39,337 nt of DNA from a virus (Duplodnaviria > Caudoviricetes). The stretch is taken from the IMG/VR virus record IMGVR_UViG_3300033402_000781, positions 1 to 39,337 of that record; one strand, given 5' to 3'. Below, piece by piece: positions 1 to 9,037 of this stretch. Position 1 is the first letter of the stretch; the number at the start of each line of letters is the position of its first letter. Below the pieces are notes generated by a model. It saw only the letters and a list, made by a program, of their open reading frames with translations. It made no database searches and was not told where the DNA came from. The translations under genes were made by a program, and so were the position numbers.

Positions 1-468
1 TCACGAGCGGCTTCGATAGTTTTCTATCTTTTCCCAGATTTCTTCATTCGTCATTAATCTTTTAGAACCAGATCCTAACGTCCTGATGTATCTATCAGCG
101 TATAGGTTGGCATATTCTCCAGAGTGGGTCTTTAGACCCGCTATATAGATATTCCAGTCAGTCAAAGAGGCGGGATGATTAGGTCGATTTATAAATATTT
201 CGCGTGCTGAAGCAATGTCGCCATCAAACCACCACGCTTGAAATCCATGCTCGTCTATAAACCGTTTCGCGAACGTTAGTGCTCCAGCTGGTATACCCCA
301 ATCTAAAACAGCGTTCTTACCCTCACTTGCTGCTAATGCAGCGACGTCCAGGAATTTTGGGTCATGATCTGAGTGACAAGGTATATAGCCAAATTTCGAC
401 GCCAACCAGACAGCAAACGTGGTTTTTCCCGTACACGGGACTCCTGTGATTAGAAGTTTAGTTGACAT
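1..468 (-). CDS. P-loop NTPase, nucleotide/adenylate kinase-like
   Basis: N-terminal LLITGVPCTGKTT Walker A, later VLDW strand, 155 aa; typical small kinase fold. Confidence 0.65.
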   Translation of the reverse strand: MSTKLLITGVPCTGKTTFAVWLASKFGYIPCHSDHDPKFLDVAALAASEGKNAVLDWGIPAGALTFAKRFIDEHGFQAWWFDGDIASAREIFINRPNHPASLTDWNIYIAGLKTHSGEYANLYADRYIRTLGSGSKRLMTNEEIWEKIENYRSRS

Positions 469-961
469 TCTTTATGGCCCGCTCTATATATGGTCTAATT
501 TCTTTTGGTACATCTTCAATGTTTTTATGGTGATCCTTAAAAAAATTAAGCCCGTCTGGACCATAGCGCTTTTCTAGAGTGTCTACATGCCGCACGAATT
601 GACTAGGTTTGATTCGTCTGGGTAGACCTGTAAATAGCACAAACGTGTCATCGTCTTCGTGCATTAGGTAGTCTTGTTTTATTTGATTACCTCGATGGGT
701 GTCGATGGAATAGATCCCAATGCTTTCCTTCACGCCTTTAAGTAACGGATTCTTTACGATTGAAATAGCATGAGTAGGAACAAATCTTTGTCGAATTATT
801 ATCTTGAGCGCGTCACGCACTTCCGTGTGCTGACGAAGCCACTCTCTAACATCTGGGCTAAATGGTTCTTGATCCAGAAGTTGTTCTACAGTTGTTACTC
901 TATAGTCAAGCTTGCCATTGAAACTTAAAGTCGCATCAAAACTCATCTTGTAGTCGGTCAT
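458..961 (-). CDS. hypothetical protein
   Basis: 167-aa ORF overlapping the start of the kinase-like gene (operon-like); no recognised motif. Confidence 0.6.
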   Translation of the reverse strand: MTDYKMSFDATLSFNGKLDYRVTTVEQLLDQEPFSPDVREWLRQHTEVRDALKIIIRQRFVPTHAISIVKNPLLKGVKESIGIYSIDTHRGNQIKQDYLMHEDDDTFVLFTGLPRRIKPSQFVRHVDTLEKRYGPDGLNFFKDHHKNIEDVPKEIRPYIERAIKNVN

Positions 962-1041
962 TACAAGTATTATCTCACCGCAATAAGCATGTGCATATAT
1001 AACAGGGGTGGGGTTTGAAAGAGATCAATTAGCACTAACTT

Positions 1042-1190
1042 TGGCGGAACACTCGGGTCTGGAACTTTCCACCTATTCTAGACCTTTCTTCCGACCTAAT
1101 GAAAATGAGACACAAACCCTAGATCTGTCTCATTTCTGATGGCATTATATCTTAAAATGAGACAAATGGGACACTACTTTGCCCCTATGT
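1042..1190 (+). repeat. 149-bp element left-end repeat, copy 1 (att region)
   Basis: Direct repeat of 23159-23307 with 6 mismatches; contains AAATGAGACA...TGTCTCATTT inverted repeat and a further AAATGAGACA copy. Confidence 0.9.
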
Positions 1191-1218
1191 ATCAATTCAG
1201 TTTGCTTTCCTACTGATT

Positions 1219-1332
1219 TTATTGTTTAAGTAGCTTATCAAAGAGATAGTTAAATACGTCGTCAACTTTTGACTGATCAGGGGTGGCAACCTGGACGTAT
1301 TTAACCTTTGGTTTGGTTTTTGCTTTAGGCAT
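1219..1332 (-). CDS. small conserved protein (37 aa, MPKAKTKPKVKYVQVATPD...) downstream of recombinase; possible directionality factor
   Basis: Not in ORF track; translated by hand; conserved in element 2 (27295-27456) with synonymous changes (CCT/CCG, ACC/ACT, TAT/TAC, AAG/AAA). Confidence 0.65.
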   Translation of the reverse strand: MPKAKTKPKVKYVQVATPDQSKVDDVFNYLFDKLLKQ

Positions 1333-1348
1333 GACTACATTGTAACAA

Positions 1349-2962
1349 CTACTTTATCTTTTTCGGTTTAGGTGCTCGTTTGCCTCTCTCCAGTGACAAA
1401 GCCAGAATAGCCTCTGTAATATGGCGAATATTGATAGGATCATGCCAATGAACCTTGGTTACGCGAACATGATGGTCTCGTGGTGCCCGGAAGACATTCC
1501 CGTGGTAAACCGGGTTATCGTCTATCTCTATTTTGCTAAATAGGGCTAGGCAAAAGTGCCGTTTAATATCCTCGTTAGCTTTTACATACGCTTTGCCTAT
1601 ATCCAAGCCTTGAGCCAGCTCTAATGCCCGATCCCGCCTGGCATTTATGATAGCCAGTCGCTCTTCGGCTTCAGCAATGACAGCTTCAGCCTGCTCAATC
1701 TCCTTGGCGATGCGTTTCTGCTCACTCTTCAGTAGACTATCCTGAATTACTTTGTCGTAATAGGCTTGCATGACATTATCTCGCTCAGCCAGCAGCCGGT
1801 CTCGTCGACTAGTTTGCTGCTTAACATCAGTTTCAGCATACCGCTGCTCGCTAGCTAATTCCTTACTAATTTCAGCCGTCAGTTTCTGCCGGTCACTATC
1901 GGAAAACTTCAATTGCTTAATGGTATTTGTCACTGCTTCCTTGATTAGTGGCATTGGAATATAGACCTGTGGACAACCGTTATCCCTCCGGTTCATACAA
2001 AAGAAGTACTCGAAGTTTTTACGGTCGTGTTTCTTCGATAGCATATAGCACATATGCCGCTGACACTTACCACAGAGCAACATCCTCGACAGATACGGAT
2101 AGTGCTTGCGGTGCCGATTCTCCCGTATGTAGCGACTAGCCCGAACGGCCTCACAAGCAGCAAAAACAGCTGGGGTTACTAACGGCTGATGATTTCCCTT
2201 ATACTCAACCCCACAATAGGTGATGTAGCCAAGATAGTAGCGGCTACTGAGCATTTTGTTTAAGCCGCTATGGCTAATCGGTTCAACTTTAGAGCGGGCT
2301 CGCAGTCGGCTACGCAAGCCACGTTTGGATAGTTCCTTAACTAGACGTAGTTCGCTATAGTCACCAGTAGCGTAACGCTCAAATGCCCAGCGAATCAGCG
2401 GCGCCCGCACGGTATCAAGCGCCACGGTATGTATTTCCCGCCGGTTTGTCCTCTCGGTAACATTAACATAGCCAATTGGGGCTTGGAATGGTGTACCGCC
2501 TTGCTTGGCTTTCTCGGTAGCATCCTTTAAGGCTTCAGCTGCTAGGTTACGGCTATAGAACTCGGCAATAGTGGCCATAATGCCATGGAGCAGTCTACCG
2601 GACGGTGTCTCATCTATATTTTCAGTCACGGAGACTAACTGCGCTCCGCCTTTCTGAATTGCCAAACCAATCGTCACATCATCGTGCAAATTTCTGGCTA
2701 GGCGATCAATCTTATGGACGATGACATACTGAATGCCTTTTTTATCGCACAGGTCACTCAGCAATCGCTGTAGTTCCGGGCGGGCAGCCGATCTGGCTGA
2801 CTCACCACGATCAGCATATTCCTTGATTTGGGTAGCACCCAGTTCTTTGGCTTTACGCCGACAAGCCTCTCGTTGTGCCGGGATAGAAAACCCATCCCGA
2901 TTAGTGTTACCTTTTGTTGCTTGATCGAGTGTGGACACTCGAAGATATATGGCTACTTTCAT
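1349..2962 (-). CDS. large serine recombinase (resolvase + recombinase + Zn-ribbon + coiled coil)
   Basis: YLRVST catalytic serine motif, KIDRLARN, APIGY, GNHQPLV, CGKC...YFFC..CP zinc ribbon; AGGAGG RBS. Confidence 0.95.
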   Translation of the reverse strand: MKVAIYLRVSTLDQATKGNTNRDGFSIPAQREACRRKAKELGATQIKEYADRGESARSAARPELQRLLSDLCDKKGIQYVIVHKIDRLARNLHDDVTIGLAIQKGGAQLVSVTENIDETPSGRLLHGIMATIAEFYSRNLAAEALKDATEKAKQGGTPFQAPIGYVNVTERTNRREIHTVALDTVRAPLIRWAFERYATGDYSELRLVKELSKRGLRSRLRARSKVEPISHSGLNKMLSSRYYLGYITYCGVEYKGNHQPLVTPAVFAACEAVRASRYIRENRHRKHYPYLSRMLLCGKCQRHMCYMLSKKHDRKNFEYFFCMNRRDNGCPQVYIPMPLIKEAVTNTIKQLKFSDSDRQKLTAEISKELASEQRYAETDVKQQTSRRDRLLAERDNVMQAYYDKVIQDSLLKSEQKRIAKEIEQAEAVIAEAEERLAIINARRDRALELAQGLDIGKAYVKANEDIKRHFCLALFSKIEIDDNPVYHGNVFRAPRDHHVRVTKVHWHDPINIRHITEAILALSLERGKRAPKPKKIK

Positions 2963-3233
2963 AGCTGTTCCTCCTTATTATGTTTGCTCCAACATAATGG
3001 CTGGAACAGATCAAAGGGCATAGCAACACTAACTCTTAGGTTAAACGTGAGGGTTAGGTTTCAATCAGATATGAGCCACCCGAGAAAGCAGCTTACTGAC
3101 TTTGATTTTTCCGTTGTTCTAGATATTTATCGAATAAAAAGCTAAAAACTTCATTGAGTACTGCTTCATCTGTTTGCGCTACACAGACATATTTAACTCT
3201 AGGGATTATTTTTTTACGAGCCATCGGTTCTCC

Positions 3234-3509
3234 TTATCTCTTGATAATAACGACCAACAAAGTAGCAATGGCTACTACCGCAGTAATAACGCTGACCATT
3301 AAGGTGCGTTCAGAAATAGTCCGATTCTCCCGATGTCTTAACAGATTGATTATCTTGTCACGAGCAGCGTCGGCTTGTGGGTCGTGTGTAACTCCTCGGA
3401 TAACAGTTAATTCATTGTGTAAGCTAGCAGGTATTTTGATCTTATGCTCTTCTAAATAATCCAGTAAATCAGGATTATTCATGGCCTCGTAATCTTTAAT
3501 TGATGCCAA
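3234..3509 (-). CDS. small protein with C-terminal transmembrane helix; candidate toxin partner of the Panacea gene
   Basis: 91 aa, hydrophobic C-terminus LMVSVITAVVAIATLLVVII; GGAG RBS; directly downstream of the HTH-DUF4065 gene. Confidence 0.55.
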   Translation of the reverse strand: MASIKDYEAMNNPDLLDYLEEHKIKIPASLHNELTVIRGVTHDPQADAARDKIINLLRHRENRTISERTLMVSVITAVVAIATLLVVIIKR

Positions 3510-3535
3510 CTTAAACTACTCCGTGATCACAGTTA

Positions 3536-4225
3536 TTAGAACAAATTGTTTTTGTCTTCTTCAAGAATAGTATCGTAAGATATCAGCCCACCAGGAGTGC
3601 TCGAACGCCAAGGAGTTTGGTTGTGAGTAAACTCCACAATTTCAGCGGTATTTTTGCTGCGCCACCTCTCCCCAATTTCTTTGATTAGCGACACTTGGTC
3701 TTTGGACAGACGATCTTGAGAGGCAGGCTCCCTAGAAGAAATCAGCAAGGCCGCACCGCTGGGCTCAATTGCTATAGCCTGGTCTTCAAAGAGTTCATCG
3801 ATAGCACGGAAGTAGTCATCGGCTACAGGGCCGCGCTGGATACTGCGATATGTAAGGCCAGATATGGACACGCCGTTGCGATAAAACCAGGTAAAATCGG
3901 CTAGATAAACGAGCTTTGCTAACTTGGTCTTAGTAATTTTATGATCAACCTTATCACTGCCGTATTGGATACAGTTCAAGATTAACTGCTTGAATGTCGC
4001 CAGTTTTTCTTGCGTAGTGGAGTTAAGTTGCGGTATTAAATCCTCGGGATCCACTTTTAGGTAGGTAGCTAGGTGGAGAAGCTGGGCTACAGAAAGATCA
4101 TTTTTGCCTAGTTCGACTAGAGCGTATGTAGGGCGGCTGACCCCTATGAAGGCCGCCACTTCGGCTTGAGAGAAGTCGTTTGCCTCGCGTAGTTCTTTGA
4201 TTTTTTTAAAGTCTATTACTTGCAT
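3536..4225 (-). CDS. XRE HTH fused to DUF4065 (Panacea/SocA-like antitoxin) domain
   Basis: N-terminal SQAEVAAFIGVSRPTYALVELG HTH; C-terminal TKLAKLVYLADF...YRSIQRGPV...EFTHNQTPW matches the DUF4065 pattern. Confidence 0.8.
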   Translation of the reverse strand: MQVIDFKKIKELREANDFSQAEVAAFIGVSRPTYALVELGKNDLSVAQLLHLATYLKVDPEDLIPQLNSTTQEKLATFKQLILNCIQYGSDKVDHKITKTKLAKLVYLADFTWFYRNGVSISGLTYRSIQRGPVADDYFRAIDELFEDQAIAIEPSGAALLISSREPASQDRLSKDQVSLIKEIGERWRSKNTAEIVEFTHNQTPWRSSTPGGLISYDTILEEDKNNLF

Positions 4226-4370
4226 ACTGTAACTCCTTTCATTGAATTGATAATAAGGGGTAGCTGTTATGCATGAACAAATTTATTGTACACCAGCGCT
4301 TCAATCTTGTAAAGTCTTTTTATGCACAAGCGTGATATTTGCCCATTATTTTTACAAAATCATAAAGTAG

Positions 4371-4399
4371 TTGCAAATATTTTTACATTCCTTTATAAT
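4371..4399 (+). promoter_or_regulatory. sigma70-type promoter for rightward element-1 operon
   Basis: TTGCAA-17 nt-TATAAT. Confidence 0.65.
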
Positions 4400-4525
4400 A
4401 GTGAGTAGCTTGTTAAAAAGCACAATCGCCGTGCCACACCTGGAAAGTAATAGCACGACGATTGAAGGACGACTTACCGTCGTTTCTTATATTAACACTA
4501 TTTCTATAAGAGAGGGAGACTTAAA

Positions 4526-4663
4526 ATGGCCAACTCAAAGCCAACCACACCCAAATATCATAGCGCAATCACCGGTAAATTTGTTTCGCCGGAATACGCT
4601 AAAACCCACCCAAAAACAACCGTAGAAGAATCGGGGCCGCACCACCCCAAGGGGAAGAAATAA
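4526..4663 (+). CDS. small 45-aa protein (SAITGKFVSPEYAKTHPKTTVEE family)
   Basis: Not in ORF track; GAGGGAG RBS, ATG at 4526, TAA at 4661-4663; motif recalls a widespread small mobile-element protein family (TGxFV..YA..HP.TTV.E). Confidence 0.7.
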   Translation: MANSKPTTPKYHSAITGKFVSPEYAKTHPKTTVEESGPHHPKGKK

Positions 4664-4687
4664 TGGGACCAACACCCCTACTCATCT

Positions 4688-5047
4688 TTGTCCAGTGTGC
4701 AAAGCTTGCTTAGCCAGCTGACAGCTAAACCAAAACAACCAAACAAAAAGTCATCTGGTGGCTCATTCAATGCATTAGAAATTGCGACCGTCTGGAATAA
4801 GGCTCTAGGGATCCCTGGCCAGGATATGCGACTATGGCGCCAAGATCCGTGCGGCGCTTATATGTACCGCGACCACTACGGTAATACCAATAGTAAATGG
4901 GGCTGGGAGATTGACCACATTCAGCCAGTAGCCCATCGAGGTACTGACGTTATGGGCAACCTACAGGCTCTCCAGTGGCAAAATAACCGCCGCAAAGGCG
5001 ATAACATCGGCACAAATTACTGCGCCGTAACATATAAGGTGGCCTAA
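4688..5047 (+). CDS. HNH endonuclease
   Basis: WEIDHIQPVAHRGTDVMGNLQALQWQNNRRKGD HNH motif; start codon uncertain. Confidence 0.85.
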   Translation: MSSVQSLLSQLTAKPKQPNKKSSGGSFNALEIATVWNKALGIPGQDMRLWRQDPCGAYMYRDHYGNTNSKWGWEIDHIQPVAHRGTDVMGNLQALQWQNNRRKGDNIGTNYCAVTYKVA

Positions 5048-5048
5048 G

Positions 5049-5420
5049 ATGTACGGAGATAACTACGGCATAGGGTTTGTTTCAACGCAGAAGCTAACTG
5101 ACGAATATACCAAGTCTATTAAAGGCACCGCGAAGATTATCGTGGACATAGACCATGACAGTAGCATAGAAGCCCTTGATAAGGGCGTGGTTATTGCGGG
5201 GCCAGAAACTAGCTATGCTGCGATTCTTGATTATTTGATCGAGCAGCGCAAGAAGCATTTGCAGGTCGTAACCCTACTTCGCCCAGAGGTATATTCGGAT
5301 GACGGTGTCCAAGCGCTTTATAAGGTTCTACATACCCTTTACTTGCAGAAAATGGGCTGGTTAGAGGCCACGCCGCTACCAACTGGCGGAAAACGATTTG
5401 TAATTCAAAATTCATTATAA
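5049..5420 (+). CDS. hypothetical protein
   Basis: 123-aa ORF starting 1 nt after the HNH stop. Confidence 0.6.
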   Translation: MYGDNYGIGFVSTQKLTDEYTKSIKGTAKIIVDIDHDSSIEALDKGVVIAGPETSYAAILDYLIEQRKKHLQVVTLLRPEVYSDDGVQALYKVLHTLYLQKMGWLEATPLPTGGKRFVIQNSL

Positions 5421-5439
5421 GTTAAGAGAGGAAAATAAT

Positions 5440-5997
5440 ATGGAAGCACAAGCTACCAAGACCCCAACAAAACGATACGCAGACGAAATTAGCGCCATTC
5501 TGGCGTCAAAGCAGAACAAAGTATCCAAGCTCATTGATATTGCCGAACTGCTTAATGGCAAGCTCTACGACATTGAAGATCAGCGCTTTGACTACATGGC
5601 ACGGCTGTTTGATGAAAGTATTCTAGCCGATAAGCTGCGTGCAACAAACGTCGATCGTGCCATCAAGGGTATTACGCAGGCTGTAACAGACTATAAGCAA
5701 GGTAATGCCTACCTTGTCCAGTATGCGTTCACCGCCCATTACCGAAGCCCTGAGATGTTCACAGACATGACAGAAGTGTCCGACGTCCGCACCAACGCTA
5801 ACCCAGCCCCTGGCAAAATTAAGATGGAAGCTAATATGTGGTTCCAGAGCTTGCCTAAGCAGAAAACTTTTAAGATAGCCGACAAGCATGAAGTTAGCTG
5901 CCGATTAAAGGGCGCTCGCATCCAGGTTAACCTCGTCGATAGCCACGGCAAACTAATTGATAAGCTTGGGCAATCCGAACTAAAAAGCAAGTTTTAA
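5440..5997 (+). CDS. hypothetical protein
   Basis: 185-aa ORF with GAGG RBS, in operon. Confidence 0.65.
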   Translation: MEAQATKTPTKRYADEISAILASKQNKVSKLIDIAELLNGKLYDIEDQRFDYMARLFDESILADKLRATNVDRAIKGITQAVTDYKQGNAYLVQYAFTAHYRSPEMFTDMTEVSDVRTNANPAPGKIKMEANMWFQSLPKQKTFKIADKHEVSCRLKGARIQVNLVDSHGKLIDKLGQSELKSKF

Positions 5998-6005
5998 GGG
6001 AACAT

Positions 6006-6407
6006 ATGAGCACCACGACCATACTCTGGAAACAACGCATCGTCCCCGCTGGTGGCTATATACCTAGCGAGGATACTATCGATATCATCCTGACTGATGC
6101 GGCGCTTCATGCTCAGAAGCCGAGTAGACCGGCTTCGCTGGTACGGAATTATGCTAAGCACCTTAAGGGTGGCAAACTTCGCCGTACTTACGGCAGCATC
6201 CGACCAGTAGCTGACAGCACTTTCGAGATGGATCTGAATTTTGACGAGCAGGAAGTGTTAGACTTGTTAGCTAAACACGGTAAACGCATGTTACGCATAT
6301 ATATGCCGACAGACCAATTGTCGGTATATCTTGCGCCAGATGCGCTAGAGAAAATAGAATCCCTAAAACGGAAGCACCTTTTACAAGTAAATCCGCGCAG
6401 TAATTAG
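6006..6407 (+). CDS. hypothetical protein
   Basis: 133-aa ORF with AGGG RBS, in operon. Confidence 0.6.
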   Translation: MSTTTILWKQRIVPAGGYIPSEDTIDIILTDAALHAQKPSRPASLVRNYAKHLKGGKLRRTYGSIRPVADSTFEMDLNFDEQEVLDLLAKHGKRMLRIYMPTDQLSVYLAPDALEKIESLKRKHLLQVNPRSN

Positions 6408-6445
6408 CGGGAATTGTGTATTCGGCTCAGTAGAGCCGTAGACGT

Positions 6446-6588
6446 TTGACGGCGTTGCGAGACACGTCAAGCTGAGAGGCAGTACGCCTCGACAGTGCCC
6501 ACTCTGCAGCAATATGGGGAAGCCCATGTCTTTTATTAGGCATGGATCAGACTTCCCGATATGGCTGTGGGGTGGGCACTTTTTATTT
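6446..6588 (+). ncRNA. structured leader/attenuator candidate upstream of the methylase-terminase operon
   Basis: Hairpins TTGACG..CGTCAA (GCGA loop) and GAGGC-AGTAC-GCCTC, then an 87-nt multi-segment stem (6494-6580) with G-U pairs followed by a T-run. Confidence 0.5.
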
Positions 6589-6618
6589 ACCTTAAAGCCA
6601 AATGGAAGGAATAAACCC

Positions 6619-7887
6619 ATGGCCAAACAACTAACAATCCAACACATAAACATCAATGAGCTGAAACCAGCTCTATATAATCCGCGCAAGTGGAGCGATG
6701 AGGCAGCCAAGCAGCTCACCGAAAGCATTAAGCGCTTCGGTTTAGTCGACCCGATCATCGTTAACGGCGCAGCGGCACGTAAAAACGTTGTCATCGGTGG
6801 CCATTTTCGTCTCAAGATCGCTAAAGACCTTGGCCTCAAAGAAGTGCCGGTGGTCTATATTGACATTCCTGACGAGGCCAAAGAGCGCGAGCTGAACCTA
6901 CGCCTTAACCGTAACACCGGTGAATGGGACTTTGAGCTGCTCAAGCAGTTCGATATTGACCTGCTACTGGACGTTGGCTTTGACGACCAAGACTTGGGTG
7001 ACATCTGGAACGATGCCCTAGAAACCGATGACGATGACTTTGACGTTGAAAAAGCCGTTAAGGAAGCAGCCGAAACAACCATTAAGCTGGGCGATCTGTT
7101 CCAGTTGGGCAAGCACCGTCTGATCTGTGGTAGCTCAACGGATGGGGCGGTTATAAAGCGCTTGGTTGGCGAGCACAAGCCAACCATGTTTTACAGCGAC
7201 CCACCGTATAACATTGGCTTGGACTATAACAAAGGCGTTGGGCTTAAGGCTGGCTACGGCGGCACTACCGACGACAATAAGTCTGAGACCGAGTACCGCA
7301 GCTTCCTGAGCGACATTCTGACGGCCTCACTACCAGTACTGGGCGATGACGCCCATATCTTCATGTACTGCGACCAGACCTACATCGGCCTGTTGCAATC
7401 ACTAATGGTCGAGCATGGGCTGAAGAACCGGCGGGTTTGTTTATGGATTAAGAATGGCTTTAACGTCGTGCCACAAGTAGCTTTTAACAAGGGTTACGAG
7501 CCATGTATCTACGCCACTCGAGGCAATCCGTATCTATCAGACACTAGCCAGAACCTAACTGAGATTCTTAACAAAGACATTGCTTCTGGTAACCGCACCA
7601 TAGATGACATCATCGACCTTTTCGACATCTGGTTGGCTAAACGTGAGGCCGGTCAAGACTACCAGCACCCTACTCAAAAGCCGATCACCTTGCATGAAAA
7701 ACCTCTAAAGCGTTGCACTAAGGTCTATGACGTAGTGCTGGACGTTTTTGGCGGCTCCGGCTCAACGCTTATAGCTTGTGAGCAAATGCTACGCACAGCA
7801 CTACTATCTGAACTTGAGCCAGTCTTCTGTCAAGTAATCATTGACCGCTGGGAAGCTTTGACTAGCGAAAAGGCCGTGCAGCTATGA
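6619..7887 (+). CDS. ParB-like N-terminal domain + DNA N6-adenine/N4-cytosine methyltransferase
   Basis: LKPALYNPRK...IGGHFRL ParB/Srx motif; SDPPY, HPTQKP, DVFGGSGST (beta-class MTase); start moved to ATG 6619 after GGAAGGA RBS. Confidence 0.92.
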   Translation: MAKQLTIQHININELKPALYNPRKWSDEAAKQLTESIKRFGLVDPIIVNGAAARKNVVIGGHFRLKIAKDLGLKEVPVVYIDIPDEAKERELNLRLNRNTGEWDFELLKQFDIDLLLDVGFDDQDLGDIWNDALETDDDDFDVEKAVKEAAETTIKLGDLFQLGKHRLICGSSTDGAVIKRLVGEHKPTMFYSDPPYNIGLDYNKGVGLKAGYGGTTDDNKSETEYRSFLSDILTASLPVLGDDAHIFMYCDQTYIGLLQSLMVEHGLKNRRVCLWIKNGFNVVPQVAFNKGYEPCIYATRGNPYLSDTSQNLTEILNKDIASGNRTIDDIIDLFDIWLAKREAGQDYQHPTQKPITLHEKPLKRCTKVYDVVLDVFGGSGSTLIACEQMLRTALLSELEPVFCQVIIDRWEALTSEKAVQL

Positions 7888-8624
7888 AAACCGGAGATAT
7901 TTACCAGTTAGGCCAGCATCGTTTGGCCTGCGGCAGCTCAAGTGAACCTGAGCTAGTAAAGAAGCTGGTTGGCAACGACAAGCTTGCTTTGATTCTCACA
8001 GACCCACCTTATGGGGTGTCGTACGTAGAGAGTAAGCAAGGCATCGCTAAGCTAGCCAGTACAAAAGTTATTGCCAACGATAATATTGAAAACGAAACAG
8101 AGTACGAGGCCTTTACTAACGCCTGGCTAGCAGCAACCAAGCCGTACCTAGCTCGTAAAAACAGCCTATATATCTTTAACAGTGACAAGATGCTATTGCC
8201 AACCATTCAGGCTCTGAAGGCTAGTGGCGGTAAGTTCGCTCAACTACTGATCTGGGCAAAAACACAAGCTGTCATTGGCCGATTGGACTACTTACCGCAG
8301 CACGAGCTGATTATCTATGGCTGGTATGGGACACACACTTTTAGCAAGAGCAAAGATAAAAGTATTCTGGTCTACCCAAAGCCTAGCTCTAGTAAGCTGC
8401 ACCCGACTATGAAGCCGATTGGTTTACTGCGCCGCTTGATCCTGAACAGCTCCACTGTTGGTGACATTGTCTTTGACGGCTTTGTGGGCAGCGGTAGCAC
8501 ACTTCTAGCCTGCGAACAGACCAACCGACGTTGTCTGGCCGTTGAACTTGACCCTGACTACTGCCAAGTGGTGATTAAGCGCTGGGAGAAGTTGATTGGC
8601 CAGAAAGCGGAGCAGCTATTATGA
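7884..8624 (+). CDS. site-specific DNA methyltransferase (N6_N4 family)
   Basis: TDPPY, HPTMKP, DGFVGSGST; ATGA overlap with upstream gene. Confidence 0.92.
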   Translation: MKTGDIYQLGQHRLACGSSSEPELVKKLVGNDKLALILTDPPYGVSYVESKQGIAKLASTKVIANDNIENETEYEAFTNAWLAATKPYLARKNSLYIFNSDKMLLPTIQALKASGGKFAQLLIWAKTQAVIGRLDYLPQHELIIYGWYGTHTFSKSKDKSILVYPKPSSSKLHPTMKPIGLLRRLILNSSTVGDIVFDGFVGSGSTLLACEQTNRRCLAVELDPDYCQVVIKRWEKLIGQKAEQLL

Positions 8625-9037
8625 GTCGTAACCAAGAACTGGATAAAAAGAAGCTCCTAGCGCGGCTTACCAAGTCACCGATTGTGGAAGTCGCCTGCAA
8701 ACAGGCTGGGGTGCCACGATCTACCTATTACCGCTGGCGTAAAGACGATGAAGAATTTGCTGAAGCCTGTGATGTTGCCCTTGAGGAGAGTGCTGGCCGA
8801 ATTAATGATTTGGCGGAATCCCAGCTGATCTCAGCTATTAAAGACCAGAACATGACCGCCATTATCTTTTGGCTGAAGCATCACCATAGAGCTTACCGCA
8901 CCCGAATTGAGCTTGATGCTCATATAAAACAAGATCAACAGGCTCTAACGCCAGAGCAAGCTGAAATGGTAGCCCAGGCTCTGCGTTTAGCTGGCCTAAC
9001 CAAATTACCGGAAGGAGAGACTAATGGACGCGACTGA
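8621..9037 (+). CDS. HTH protein, probable terminase small subunit
   Basis: VEVACKQAGVPRSTYYRWRKDD HTH, AIIFWLK motif; directly upstream of and overlapping TerL. Confidence 0.7.
   Translation: MSRNQELDKKKLLARLTKSPIVEVACKQAGVPRSTYYRWRKDDEEFAEACDVALEESAGRINDLAESQLISAIKDQNMTAIIFWLKHHHRAYRTRIELDAHIKQDQQALTPEQAEMVAQALRLAGLTKLPEGETNGRD

Noticed and set aside
1770-3459. Plus-strand short ORFs opposite the recombinase and neighbours (and similar antisense ORFs opposite the MTases, TerL, Clp and the targets)
   Set aside because: Shadow ORFs on the antisense of well-supported genes, without RBS or motifs
4371-4625. 84-aa ORF in the track
   Set aside because: Starts at the -35 box of a promoter and overlaps the better-supported 4526-4663 ORF in another frame
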